From the NCBI GenBank assembly GCA_031431155.1, contig JANPCW010000204.1:2461-66460 (forward strand): 64,000 bases of DNA, read 5' to 3'. Numbering within the stretch: the first letter of the stretch is position 1; every line of letters starts with the position of its first letter. Of the stretch, positions 43,205-52,264 are shown in pieces. The stretch is from Janthinobacterium sp. (GTDB lineage Bacteria; Pseudomonadota; Gammaproteobacteria; Burkholderiales; Burkholderiaceae_D). The notes beneath the pieces were generated by a model. It was given only the letters and a program-made list of their open reading frames with translations. It ran no database searches and had not been told where the DNA came from. The position numbers and the translations under genes were made by a program.

Positions 43205-44800
43205 TCATGCGGCCAATCTCATGTCCAGTTTCCAGTCTTCGTACCTGCGCATGATCGCAAGAAACACGCCGTTTGGCGAGATATTTTGCTGACACAGCGC
43301 GGCGCCGGTTTCGGCGTCTTCGTGGCAGAACTCCTTGCCGTAGTGCAGACGGTGGCACGGGTAGCAGTTCGTGCCCTGCGGCTCCATGACATCGGTGAGC
43401 TTCCAGTGCTTGGTCAAGTTTTCATGCGACGAGTGCGAGAGCATGATGACCTTGGGCACGGGCTCGAACGCCACGGAATTGAGAATCCCGGTTTCAGGTC
43501 CGACCACCAGATCAACCTGCTGGGCCAGCGTCAGGGAGTCGCGGATGCCCACTTCGCCAGAGGTACACATGATGCGCTCGGTTTCTTCCCAGCCGGCCTC
43601 AAGAATCTTGCACGGCTCGTCGCCGTTGAGAATCAGCAAAAGCTCCGGGATGTTGTCGAGCAGGCCCTGGATCACCGTGTCCTGGTGCGGATAGAACTTG
43701 TGGACGGATGACCCGGCAAGGCACCACAGCACGTTGAAGCGCTCCTTCGCCCTCATGGGGATGGGCAGGCCCGTGGCGAGCCGATTGCGGGCCGCACTGA
43801 GCATGGCGGCGGCTTTCTTCTTTTCCTCTGGGCTCGGGAAGAAGCGGGCTTCCTCGCTGTAGGGCAACTCGGCAAGCCGCGCCGTCCACTCCAGGTAGTT
43901 CTTGTTCAATTCCACCTTGCGCACGGAATGGGGCCAGCCGTGATTGGTCCTGCCGGGGAAGGCCAGCAGGGTTCCCTCGACCGACTCACTCAGGTTGATG
44001 AAGCGGTCAAAGCGCTTGGCCTGGGACGCCCAGAACAGCGGCAACTCATGGTTTGGAACCTGGTCCTCGTCTTGCAGCATGAACTCATCAATGTGCGGAT
44101 CGTGCTTGAGGATTTCGTGGCCCCTGGGCGTGGTCATAAAGACAACAAAATATCCCTGGCGCTTGAGTTCCGGCAGGATGCCGGCGGCCTGAATGGAATC
44201 GCCGAACCCGCCGTAGCGCACCACGCACGCGCTCTTGGCCGGGCGCACGCGCGGCGCCATGACCTGAAACCCGCTATCGTTCTTTTGGAACACCTGGAGG
44301 AAGCTGTACTCGCGGTCCTGGTCGCGCACTTCCTCGACCAGCAAAGTCCATGAGCCGATGTCGCTCATGGCGTCCAGGATGTCATCTTCGGTGAAGTCGT
44401 GAACGTGATCCGGGTTGGCGCCGAGCCTGCCGATGTTGGGGTACAGGTTGCGGTGGGGCAGGTACAAGACCAAGTGCCCGCCGACCTTGAGGCAGCGCCA
44501 CCAGTCTCTCAGGGCGGCATTGTGGTCAACGATATGCTCCAGCAAGTGGCTGCTGAACACGAAGTCCACCGATGCGTCCTTGACGCAATCGCTCAGATCG
44601 GCGGCGTCCTTGCAGACGACATCGGGCTTCATCTTGATGCCAAAAAGCTCGGTGTCCTTTTGGCTGTCGATGCCCAGGAAATGCGGGAAGGCCTTTTTTG
44701 GGCCGCAGCCAACATCGAGCCCGACGCCGCGCGTGTACTGAACGATGTCGTACTTGCACTTGTCGGCCTCATTGCCCTGGGGATCATCAAGCCGCCACAT
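43205..44800 (-). CDS. class I SAM-dependent methyltransferase fused to a GT9 (heptosyltransferase-like) glycosyltransferase
   Basis: The N-terminal part has GLDVGCGPKK, VDFVFSSHLLEHI and LKVGGHLVLYLP (Methyltransf_11-like). The C-terminal part has ACVVRYGGFGDSIQAAGILPELKRQG ... VVGPETGILNSVA (GT9 pattern). A Cys/His-rich tail follows. Confidence 0.7.
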   Translation of the reverse strand: MWRLDDPQGNEADKCKYDIVQYTRGVGLDVGCGPKKAFPHFLGIDSQKDTELFGIKMKPDVVCKDAADLSDCVKDASVDFVFSSHLLEHIVDHNAALRDWWRCLKVGGHLVLYLPHRNLYPNIGRLGANPDHVHDFTEDDILDAMSDIGSWTLLVEEVRDQDREYSFLQVFQKNDSGFQVMAPRVRPAKSACVVRYGGFGDSIQAAGILPELKRQGYFVVFMTTPRGHEILKHDPHIDEFMLQDEDQVPNHELPLFWASQAKRFDRFINLSESVEGTLLAFPGRTNHGWPHSVRKVELNKNYLEWTARLAELPYSEEARFFPSPEEKKKAAAMLSAARNRLATGLPIPMRAKERFNVLWCLAGSSVHKFYPHQDTVIQGLLDNIPELLLILNGDEPCKILEAGWEETERIMCTSGEVGIRDSLTLAQQVDLVVGPETGILNSVAFEPVPKVIMLSHSSHENLTKHWKLTDVMEPQGTNCYPCHRLHYGKEFCHEDAETGAALCQQNISPNGVFLAIMRRYEDWKLDMRLAA

Positions 44801-44990
44801 GCTCGTCTTCCTTGTAGAGGATGGCGCGGATCGCCTCGCGCGTCCAGGTTTTCAGCTTGCGCTTGCGGGATGGCGGCCTGTCCGACAAAACACGGTTGCC
44901 TTGTCGGTCGAATAGAAGACCGTCTTGCTCAAAAGCAAGTCTGGGGTCGCCGTGGATTTCTCCGAACGGCCTGTCTCGGTCGAGCCTCAT
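44787..44990 (-). CDS. hypothetical small protein
   Basis: ORF track entry. Confidence 0.45.
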   Translation of the reverse strand: MRLDRDRPFGEIHGDPRLAFEQDGLLFDRQGNRVLSDRPPSRKRKLKTWTREAIRAILYKEDEHVAA

Positions 44991-44993
44991 GGC

Positions 44994-45194
44994 TCAACTA
45001 TCGAGGTCTTTGCCGAACTTGGCGTCCTTGGCGTCGCTCTTGGCGTTGAACGAGCCGTGGCTATTCAATGCGCTCTGGGACAGGTCGGCGCCGTAGGTGT
45101 CGCCGTTCATGCCCGTGCCTGTGCCTGCGTCACCCATCTTGGTCTTGTCGCCCTGGACGGTGCCGTCGGGCTTGGGGTTGCTCAGTTTGTCCAT
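44994..45194 (-). CDS. hypothetical small low-complexity protein (Gly/Asp/Lys/Ser-rich)
   Basis: ORF track entry with a disordered-looking composition. Confidence 0.45.
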   Translation of the reverse strand: MDKLSNPKPDGTVQGDKTKMGDAGTGTGMNGDTYGADLSQSALNSHGSFNAKSDAKDAKFGKDLDS

Positions 45195-45198
45195 GATG

Positions 45199-45426
45199 TC
45201 ACCTTTCCCATCCGCCGGGGCGGGTCAAAAATCCCTGCGGACCTGGGGGCGAGTCAACAATCAGGGACGAGCCCTTCATGCCGCTGCCCGTGGGCTCATT
45301 CATCGAATGGTAGCCCTTTTTCAGGTCTGCCATGCTGGCGTCCCCAAGCGACCCAGAGGTCGCGCCCTCCGTGCTGCCCGATGATGCGGGCAGCGACGGG
45401 GACTTGTTGAGGTCTAGGCCTTTCAC
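45199..45426 (-). CDS. hypothetical small low-complexity protein (Ser/Gly-rich)
   Basis: ORF track entry. Its GTG start overlaps the upstream stop (GTGA). Confidence 0.45.
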   Translation of the reverse strand: MKGLDLNKSPSLPASSGSTEGATSGSLGDASMADLKKGYHSMNEPTGSGMKGSSLIVDSPPGPQGFLTRPGGWER

Positions 45427-45788
45427 GACTTCACCGCGTCAGGCAGGACTTCAAACTCGTACACGATCTGGGCCGTGCCGGTCGCATCCGCGCCAGAGGT
45501 AGCGCTGACCTGATCCATCGCCTCGACCGTCGAATTGATCACGCCGGAACTCACTTCGACCCCCGCCACGTTGGTTGAGAGAGTGATAAGGCCAACCGAA
45601 GTCGTGCCGTTTTTGATGGTGTAGGCGTGGGTGGTGGCCGTGCCCGCGACGACGACGGCGGCGTGCGCCTTCTTGAGCCGCATCTTCTGGAAGGAGCGAA
45701 ACTTCGAGCCCTCCGTGGTGGCGCCCGCCGTGGTGGGCGGCATGCAGGCTTCGCGGCGAATTGTGAAATCGGGATCAGAGTAACCCAT
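45423..45788 (-). CDS. hypothetical head-associated protein
   Basis: ORF track entry for a beta-rich small protein downstream of the capsid gene. Confidence 0.55.
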   Translation of the reverse strand: MGYSDPDFTIRREACMPPTTAGATTEGSKFRSFQKMRLKKAHAAVVVAGTATTHAYTIKNGTTSVGLITLSTNVAGVEVSSGVINSTVEAMDQVSATSGADATGTAQIVYEFEVLPDAVKS

Positions 45789-45806
45789 GATGATGCTCCT
45801 AAAAAA

Positions 45807-46328
45807 CTAAGTTCCAATCTCAGCCGTAGCATACCCTTTATTGAGTTTGATGCGACTGATCGTATTCTGTGTGACGCCAAATACAGCCCCGATTTTTTCT
45901 TGACTGATCCCGCCAATCTCCAGCATTTTTCTCACTTGCCTTGCCTGCTCATTTGTCAACAGCGCATTGTGGTTTGCTTCACCAATCAATCTCGCATGCT
46001 GCGCTCCAGAAAACTTGACTCGCTTTTGTTCTTCGCCAACCGGGTGAGCCGATTTGTGGCACCGGAAACAAAGCCAGTCAACATCCAGGGGGCGGCCGTA
46101 ATCATCGTGGTGTGCATGCACTTTCTCGGTCGCTGCGCAAAGCCGGCATGGTTGCCTAGCAAGAAGCCCTTGCCTGATCGCGTAATTGAGCCTGTTTTGC
46201 GCGGCAGTCTTTTCGCGATTTCTCGCTCGATATGCGCGCGCCAACTCAGCATGGCGTTCGGGATGGGCTTTTTTCCAGGCACGGGACATTTCTTTCTGCT
46301 GCTCGTACTGCTGTGGTTTGCGGTCCAT
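45807..46328 (-). CDS. HNH endonuclease with a C-terminal HTH
   Basis: CRLCAATEKVHAHHDDYGRPLDVDWLCFRCHKSAH is the HNH core. ISQEKIGAVFGVTQNTISRI is the HTH. Confidence 0.8.
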   Translation of the reverse strand: MDRKPQQYEQQKEMSRAWKKAHPERHAELARAYRARNREKTAAQNRLNYAIRQGLLARQPCRLCAATEKVHAHHDDYGRPLDVDWLCFRCHKSAHPVGEEQKRVKFSGAQHARLIGEANHNALLTNEQARQVRKMLEIGGISQEKIGAVFGVTQNTISRIKLNKGYATAEIGT

Positions 46329-46385
46329 GACGGCTCCTTTGGTTATGGAGCCCGCATTATGCCGTTTCCCACAGAAAGTACCTAG

Positions 46386-47396
46386 CTATGTCGCGCTATC
46401 CCACTTAACCACCCTGCTATTCTTGCTGGAGTTGGCTGCCACCAGGGGATGGACGAGGCCAAACCCGCCGATGTAGTACCACGCGATGCCACGATCCCGG
46501 CCGAAGTCGGACGGAATCTTGCCGCGCATTTCCTCGGGGACCGCAACACCCTCGGCCACCGTGTCGTTGCCCAAGAAGAAGGCCCAGCTTGACAGGGCGT
46601 TGTTCCATGGGTCGGCGGTGTCGGTGCTGGCATTGAACGTCCCTGAGTCAGCGGCGCCGCCCTTGGGAATGTTCGTCTGCTCGACAAACCGGGTGCTTTC
46701 GTAGCGCCCAACCTCGCCGTTCAGAATGAACTGGAAACCCGCGTCGGTGTACTGCTTGATCTGCTCAAGCTCGTCCTTGAAGGGCCTCCAGGTCGAGACG
46801 TGGCTGATTGCCACATAGTCGTCGGCCATGTAGGGCGGAATGTTCCGTTCCTTCATCAGGTCCACGATCAACTTGACGTGAGCCTTGCCCAGCGCGACGT
46901 TGTTCGTGGTGACGGACGTGCCGCTGGTGGACAGGACCAGGGAGGTCGTGGACGTGCCGGCCGTTGGCGTCACGCGCAGAGGCGTGGCGTTGAACTCGGT
47001 GAAGGCGGCCACGTCGAACGCTTTTTTGGCGTCGTTCTTGAGCACCTTGTCGATGATTTCCTTGATCGGCTGCTCGGACAGGTCATCGAGCTTGCCGGTG
47101 TAATCGACCGAGTTGCCGTACTCGGTGATCGTCATGGTGCCCTGCGTGATCGTGAAGTTCGTCTTGGGCATGACGGTGGTTTCCGTCAGGGTCGTCCCGC
47201 GAGTCGTCACGTCCGAATAGACGTTCCAGTGGAAGGTGTCGCCCTTGCCCTTGCCTTGGACGGCAGCGTCTTTGATGTCCGCAAACTGGCGGAACTTGAC
47301 GGTGGGCTGGACAGCATGCCGAAGCACTTTGGACAGGTTCGGCGACCACATATAGCCGCCGAGTGAATTGGTCAACCAGACTTGTTGAGCAGGCAT
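46386..47396 (-). CDS. major capsid protein (HK97 fold)
   Basis: This is the 336-aa reading from MPAQQVWLT, with a GGAG 6 nt upstream; the ORF-track TTG start at 47408 is less likely. The sequence pattern and its position after the scaffold gene are typical of HK97-family capsid proteins. Confidence 0.75.
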   Translation of the reverse strand: MPAQQVWLTNSLGGYMWSPNLSKVLRHAVQPTVKFRQFADIKDAAVQGKGKGDTFHWNVYSDVTTRGTTLTETTVMPKTNFTITQGTMTITEYGNSVDYTGKLDDLSEQPIKEIIDKVLKNDAKKAFDVAAFTEFNATPLRVTPTAGTSTTSLVLSTSGTSVTTNNVALGKAHVKLIVDLMKERNIPPYMADDYVAISHVSTWRPFKDELEQIKQYTDAGFQFILNGEVGRYESTRFVEQTNIPKGGAADSGTFNASTDTADPWNNALSSWAFFLGNDTVAEGVAVPEEMRGKIPSDFGRDRGIAWYYIGGFGLVHPLVAANSSKNSRVVKWDSAT

Positions 47397-47426
47397 TTGA
47401 ATCTCCAATCAAAAAATGGACGATGG

Positions 47427-48404
47427 CTATGCCGGGAGTCCTCTTGCCAGCCGCATTTCCTTGATGACATCGGTTGCGGTTGGCTCAACTACTTCGGGCG
47501 TTGCCGCCTTTGTTCCAAGGCCTCGCACGTTGTCGATGCGCGCCTTGCGGTCCAGCTTTGTCTGGCGATCCGTGGTCGGGGCTTCGTCGGCGATCTTCAT
47601 GCCCTTGCTTTTGGCCCAATCTCGCATCGCAGTGGCCGCCGTTTCCAATGATTCGGAGAATGACTTTCCCGTCTTCTTCGCCGCATCGAAATGCTGGTCT
47701 GCCATCTGCGCGAGGTATGGGTCATCCACAATGAACTTGTTGTTCACCGCGAAAGCGTCCAATGCACTCTCGTCTTCCATCTGCTGTCGGATTTGCGGCG
47801 TCAACTGGGCAGTCAACTGGGCAATGTCGAGGGTGGGATTTTCCGTCCGCCTCTGACTCACCAACGCGACCAACCGATCAACCGCAGCATCCTCGTCGCC
47901 CTCGAACATCGCTTTGACAGTGGCTCTCACCGTGTCTTGAAGCTCTGCCCCGCTGGCGTCTTGGGCGCCATTCTGCACTGGTTTCGGTGTTTCAGCAACA
48001 GGCTGTGGTGCGGACGCTATTTTTTGTGCTTCGGCCAGCAAACGCTCGGCATCGGCGCGCGCGCGGGCACCTTCCTCAAAGCGCTTGTCGGCCGCCAACC
48101 CTTTTTGGTAGGCGCGTTGCATTTCCGCAACAGTGACTTGGCTCTCGACGCCATCGACCTTGACGGTGACGAGCGTGTCCTCCTTGGCAAAAATATTTGC
48201 CGGCTTCTCTGTCGGCTCTGGCGCCAGTTGCGCGGCCAACTGATCGGGCTCGACGCCGCGCTCTTGGTCGTGCGAGTCGGACATCGCATCCATCGCCAGC
48301 AGGCGCGGATTGATGGGCGGGTCTTTCGGGGCTTCGCCACCTGGAAGGCTGTCGTTTCCTTCTGGTGACACGCCCGTTGGGGTAGCGTCTTGTTCGAGTG
48401 GCAT
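47427..48404 (-). CDS. scaffolding protein
   Basis: The protein is acidic, helical and Ala/Glu/Gln-rich, and the gene lies between the portal-region genes and the capsid gene. Confidence 0.6.
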   Translation of the reverse strand: MPLEQDATPTGVSPEGNDSLPGGEAPKDPPINPRLLAMDAMSDSHDQERGVEPDQLAAQLAPEPTEKPANIFAKEDTLVTVKVDGVESQVTVAEMQRAYQKGLAADKRFEEGARARADAERLLAEAQKIASAPQPVAETPKPVQNGAQDASGAELQDTVRATVKAMFEGDEDAAVDRLVALVSQRRTENPTLDIAQLTAQLTPQIRQQMEDESALDAFAVNNKFIVDDPYLAQMADQHFDAAKKTGKSFSESLETAATAMRDWAKSKGMKIADEAPTTDRQTKLDRKARIDNVRGLGTKAATPEVVEPTATDVIKEMRLARGLPA

Positions 48405-48429
48405 GAAAAAAGCTCCTTTGGTTGTTGAA

Positions 48430-48738
48430 TCAGTCGCTCATGTTTGCGAAGGATCGCTCCGCGTTCTCCCCCTCTGCGACGGCCTGCGCCATCCAGATGA
48501 GAAAGTTCTCTGCGCAGCGTGCATCGTTTTGCAGCTTGCGAATCTCTTTGGGGTTGTCCGCGTCGGCGTCCTTGAGTGCTTCAAGGGCCTGCTCGCGTTC
48601 ATCGTTCGCCCTGCCGGTCAGATACCGGCCCAGGGTTGAGTTCATAAACGCCTGGGCGTCCAGACCGAAGGCAATCGTGCCTCGGATCGCGGTCAGGTCG
48701 GCCTTCTCGACTTCTGCGTCTGGCTCTTGTTCATCCAT
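48430..48738 (-). CDS. hypothetical protein
   Basis: ORF track entry that overlaps the end of the portal gene by 8 nt. Confidence 0.55.
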   Translation of the reverse strand: MDEQEPDAEVEKADLTAIRGTIAFGLDAQAFMNSTLGRYLTGRANDEREQALEALKDADADNPKEIRKLQNDARCAENFLIWMAQAVAEGENAERSFANMSD

Positions 48739-50920
48739 TGGAGTCTGGCCTTACGGTTTGAATGCCCTGGTTCGCCCCAACGCCTGGGCTGGCTGGCGCC
48801 GCCGGCAATGCTGGCGTGAGCGGCGTCGTGTCTCCGGTCGCCTGCGCCGTCTCGATGCTCGTCTTGGGGTTGAACATCGGCTGGAGCGTCATGCCCGTCG
48901 CGTCAGCCATGGGCTGCGGGAAATTCGGGTCAATCGCAGCCGGATTGGGCGGGACATATCCAGCGGCCTTCATCAACTCGTCGGCGATAGGCGACACCTG
49001 TGGTGTGGCGGCAACAACCTGCGCCGCTTGCATGGCGGCGAAGATCGAGCGCATACTTTTCTCGACCTGGGTGGCGATGTTGTCCTTGGACTTGGTGCCG
49101 ATGTTGGCAATCTCCGCGTCCAGCTTCTCGATCTGCTTGGCGAGCATTTCGGGGGACACCTTTTGCTCCAGAGCCTTCTGCAACTCCTGGATTTCGGCCT
49201 GCGCAGCAAGCAGCGCCGGGTCTTGCGTCTCATCGAAGAAGCGGTCGCCGTCTTTGTAGCCCAGCTTGCCGAACAGTTCCTTGATGACTTCGCCGATGTC
49301 CAGGCCATATTTCTCCAGAACGCCGTCGGCCAAAAGCTCCTTGAGGTTCTTCATGCCCAGCATGAAGTTGGCGATCTGCTCTTGCGGGCTCGTCGCTCCA
49401 ATACCCACGTTCACGTTGAGCGTGAGTTCCCTGGACAACAGGTCGTCGGTCACGGCGTCCACGCCGAAGCGCTGGAACAGCTTGGCCTTCTTGCCGGCCA
49501 GCGCCAGGACCACGCTATCAGTTTCGTAGTGTTGCTCCAGCAAGATCATCTGCGACAGGACGGGCTCGACCCACGTCTCGACAAACGTGCGCAGTTGGTA
49601 GCTCGATACCTGCGATGCGTTGCCGGTCAGGATGTTCATGCCGCCGACGGTTTCGTTGAGCTTCCGATTGCTCTGAACCGATGACGGTGAAAACGTCCCC
49701 GCCACTTCATCAAAGTCCACGTTCAGGCGGTCCTGCTCCTGGTATGCAGAGGCCGTCACGTCGGGCGTGTTGATGACCAGCACGTCCTTCTCCGGGTCGT
49801 CCATCATGGTCACACTGCTGGGCGTGTTGCGCGTGAGGCTTCGGACATCAACTTGCTTGTTGCGCTTGACGAAGTAGCGCTTGTTCATGGCGAACTTCAC
49901 GTTGTCGATGCGCTGGTTTGCCACCTCGTTGATTTCGGACGCGAGGCTCTTGGTCACGTCGGCAACGCCTTCGGGATAGACCTTGTGCGTCTCGATCATG
50001 CAGAACCCCATGGCATAGGGGCGCCGGCCGTGCCAGTACGCGGCCTTGAGCGGCTCGGGGTCGGTGAGCATGTGAAACGTGCCCAGCGTGTAGAACAGCA
50101 AGTCCTGCCCGTCAACGGCTATGATGTTGCGGTGGACCCAGACAACCGTGAAGTCGCCGACGGACTGACTGACCTCCTTGGAGTCGGTGCGACCCCGCTC
50201 GCGCGTAAGCCGGGTGGAGTCGGAGTACAGCTTGGACGCCTGCAAGATTTGGGCGTCGGTCATAGTCTTCCAAGCTCGCGTACCCTCGCTCTTGATCGGA
50301 GTCCTGCGCATGCGGGCCTTCACGTCTTTGACGTACATCGGGATCAGTTGAATCAGGTACGGGCTGGTGTTGATCGGGTCGGACCACTCAGCAGCGGGGT
50401 CGAGCCGAAAGTTCTCCAGGGGAATCAACTCGATGCAGGGCTTGTCAACCCCGCGCTCGGCGTCGTAGTCCCAGTATTGGTAGGAGAGGCAAGCTCCCAG
50501 GGCCTGCGCGTCTTGGTACGCCCCCATCGAAATCAGGAACCATGGGACGGACTTCTTGAGCCGGTAGTTGATAAGCTCCATGACCACGGCGGCTGACGCC
50601 TGCTGAATTTCGTCGGAGTCATCCTGGGCGGAAATCGACAGCACGTCCTTGGCAGAGAACAGCGCCTCGGCGGCGATAGCCTCGTTCTTCCTGATCGTGG
50701 AGCGCGTCTTGGGCCGGTACAGCTTGGAGCGTCCCCGGTAGGCATCCGAGTGGTACTTCGAGCCGGCAGGGTGGACGCCCTGGAATTGCCGAAGGTTGGA
50801 CTCGATCTTGGCCCTGATGCTCGAATCGAAATAGGTGGTTGAGGCCGTGAATGCTTCGCGGGCCATCGCCAAGTAGTCCGTCGTGTCCTGGGTTTCTTCC
50901 TGCTCGATTGCGGTTTCCAT
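48731..50920 (-). CDS. portal protein
   Basis: This is a 729-aa ORF in the position downstream of terL. The pattern resembles a T7-type head-tail connector. Confidence 0.75.
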   Translation of the reverse strand: METAIEQEETQDTTDYLAMAREAFTASTTYFDSSIRAKIESNLRQFQGVHPAGSKYHSDAYRGRSKLYRPKTRSTIRKNEAIAAEALFSAKDVLSISAQDDSDEIQQASAAVVMELINYRLKKSVPWFLISMGAYQDAQALGACLSYQYWDYDAERGVDKPCIELIPLENFRLDPAAEWSDPINTSPYLIQLIPMYVKDVKARMRRTPIKSEGTRAWKTMTDAQILQASKLYSDSTRLTRERGRTDSKEVSQSVGDFTVVWVHRNIIAVDGQDLLFYTLGTFHMLTDPEPLKAAYWHGRRPYAMGFCMIETHKVYPEGVADVTKSLASEINEVANQRIDNVKFAMNKRYFVKRNKQVDVRSLTRNTPSSVTMMDDPEKDVLVINTPDVTASAYQEQDRLNVDFDEVAGTFSPSSVQSNRKLNETVGGMNILTGNASQVSSYQLRTFVETWVEPVLSQMILLEQHYETDSVVLALAGKKAKLFQRFGVDAVTDDLLSRELTLNVNVGIGATSPQEQIANFMLGMKNLKELLADGVLEKYGLDIGEVIKELFGKLGYKDGDRFFDETQDPALLAAQAEIQELQKALEQKVSPEMLAKQIEKLDAEIANIGTKSKDNIATQVEKSMRSIFAAMQAAQVVAATPQVSPIADELMKAAGYVPPNPAAIDPNFPQPMADATGMTLQPMFNPKTSIETAQATGDTTPLTPALPAAPASPGVGANQGIQTVRPDSNG

Positions 50921-50923
50921 GGA

Positions 50924-51274
50924 TTACCCCTTGTCGGCTTTGAGACGGCCAGCGAAATCGGTCGGCAGTGCTGATAGATGGTCGAGGTTGAGCTTGCCCG
51001 TGGTGAGACGGTAGCGATCCAAAAGCTCGCCCCCAGCGCGCATCACGCGCAGCTTGAACTCGCTCGCTGAGAACACCGTATCGAGCCTGATGCGAAAGCC
51101 CCAGTTGCCCGACAGCGCAAGGTTGCGGATGTCGGCAAAGCCGGTGGTCTTGCCATCCACTGCGACCGCCCAAAGGTGGCCTGGATACTTGGTGTGAAGC
51201 GTGTCGGCGATGTCTTTCGCCATCACAAGGTCATTGGCCGCGATCTGCGGGGAGTCGGTGACAAGTTCGCTCAT
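50924..51274 (-). CDS. hypothetical protein
   Basis: Start at MSELVTD, overlapping the upstream stop (ATGA at 51271-51274). Confidence 0.55.
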   Translation of the reverse strand: MSELVTDSPQIAANDLVMAKDIADTLHTKYPGHLWAVAVDGKTTGFADIRNLALSGNWGFRIRLDTVFSASEFKLRVMRAGGELLDRYRLTTGKLNLDHLSALPTDFAGRLKADKG

Positions 51275-51414
51275 TGGTCGTACTCCGGTTCGCACTCTCT
51301 GCGCTCAAGCGTGGCCTTTTCCCAGTCGGAAAGCCAGGACCACTGCTCGGGCGTGTAAAGAGTCTTTATGCTCTCGGGCAGAGCATCGTACTGCTCGTTA
51401 TGACCAGAAGGCAT
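51271..51414 (-). CDS. hypothetical small protein (47 aa)
   Basis: Start taken at MPSGHNEQYDAL. The longer ORF would overlap the HNH gene. Confidence 0.45.
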   Translation of the reverse strand: MPSGHNEQYDALPESIKTLYTPEQWSWLSDWEKATLERRECEPEYDQ

Positions 51415-51422
51415 ATGGTCTT

Positions 51423-52076
51423 TCACAACAGCAGTCCTCGTTCCCGCATGAAATCGGCGGGGTGTTTTGCACCTTTTTGGCCGTTGCATCGCTGACGAAG
51501 AAGCTGAATATTGTCGTCGGTGTTCGACCCGCCCAACGCGAGCGGCATGATGTGGTCAAGATGGTATTTCGCTCCAAGGGGTTGCGCGCAGCATGCGCAT
51601 TTTCCTTGCTGCAATATGAACAGCCTGTCGGAGAGGTTGCGCGAGAGAACGCCGCCAGCCAACCGACTGCGGCGATTCTGCGTTTGCAGCCTAGCCCATT
51701 CTGGGTTTTCTTTGCGTCGCCGCCGTGTATTGGCCGTTACCTTGGCGCGGTTGGCTATGCCCCATGCGGCATTCTTTGCGCGAACTTTGTCCTTGTTGGA
51801 GGAAGCCCATTTGGAAGTCCTGAAATTACACTTTTCTGGGTTGGCTTTTTGCCATGCTGCTGTGAGCGCTTTTACTCTATCAGGATATTTGCTCCTATAT
51901 GCTGCCGATCTGGTTTTTACAATATCCTGGTGCTCCAAATAGTACGTGGCATTGCGTTCTTTCAGCCGCTCCGCGTTTGCGACTCTCCATGCTGCGCCGC
52001 GCGACTTGGCGCATGCCTTGCAGTCACCTTTTTTGTTTCGGTCGGTGCTGCCGCATTTAATGCACGGTTTCATCAT
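51423..52076 (-). CDS. HNH endonuclease
   Basis: The C-terminal core is CACCAQPLGAKYHLDHIMPLALGGSNTDDNIQLLRQRCNGQKG. The N-terminus has a Cys4 zinc finger and repeated W..AN.E motifs. Confidence 0.85.
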   Translation of the reverse strand: MMKPCIKCGSTDRNKKGDCKACAKSRGAAWRVANAERLKERNATYYLEHQDIVKTRSAAYRSKYPDRVKALTAAWQKANPEKCNFRTSKWASSNKDKVRAKNAAWGIANRAKVTANTRRRRKENPEWARLQTQNRRSRLAGGVLSRNLSDRLFILQQGKCACCAQPLGAKYHLDHIMPLALGGSNTDDNIQLLRQRCNGQKGAKHPADFMRERGLLL

Positions 52077-52264
52077 GGTTGCGGAGGATCGGTGTTGTAG
52101 TGATTGCGCTCGTAAAACTTTCTGTTATTTGAAAAGTGGTAGGCCGCGTCATAGGGCTGCTTGATGACATCAATGCCATCCATGGCCTCGGCTGCCGCGA
52201 CGACTTCGGCCCAGAGCTTTTCGCTGGTTTTGACGGTGGATTGTGGTCCGAGGGGCATGGTCAA
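52073..52264 (-). CDS. hypothetical small protein
   Basis: ORF track entry that overlaps the start of the HNH gene. Confidence 0.5.
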   Translation of the reverse strand: MTMPLGPQSTVKTSEKLWAEVVAAAEAMDGIDVIKQPYDAAYHFSNNRKFYERNHYNTDPPQP

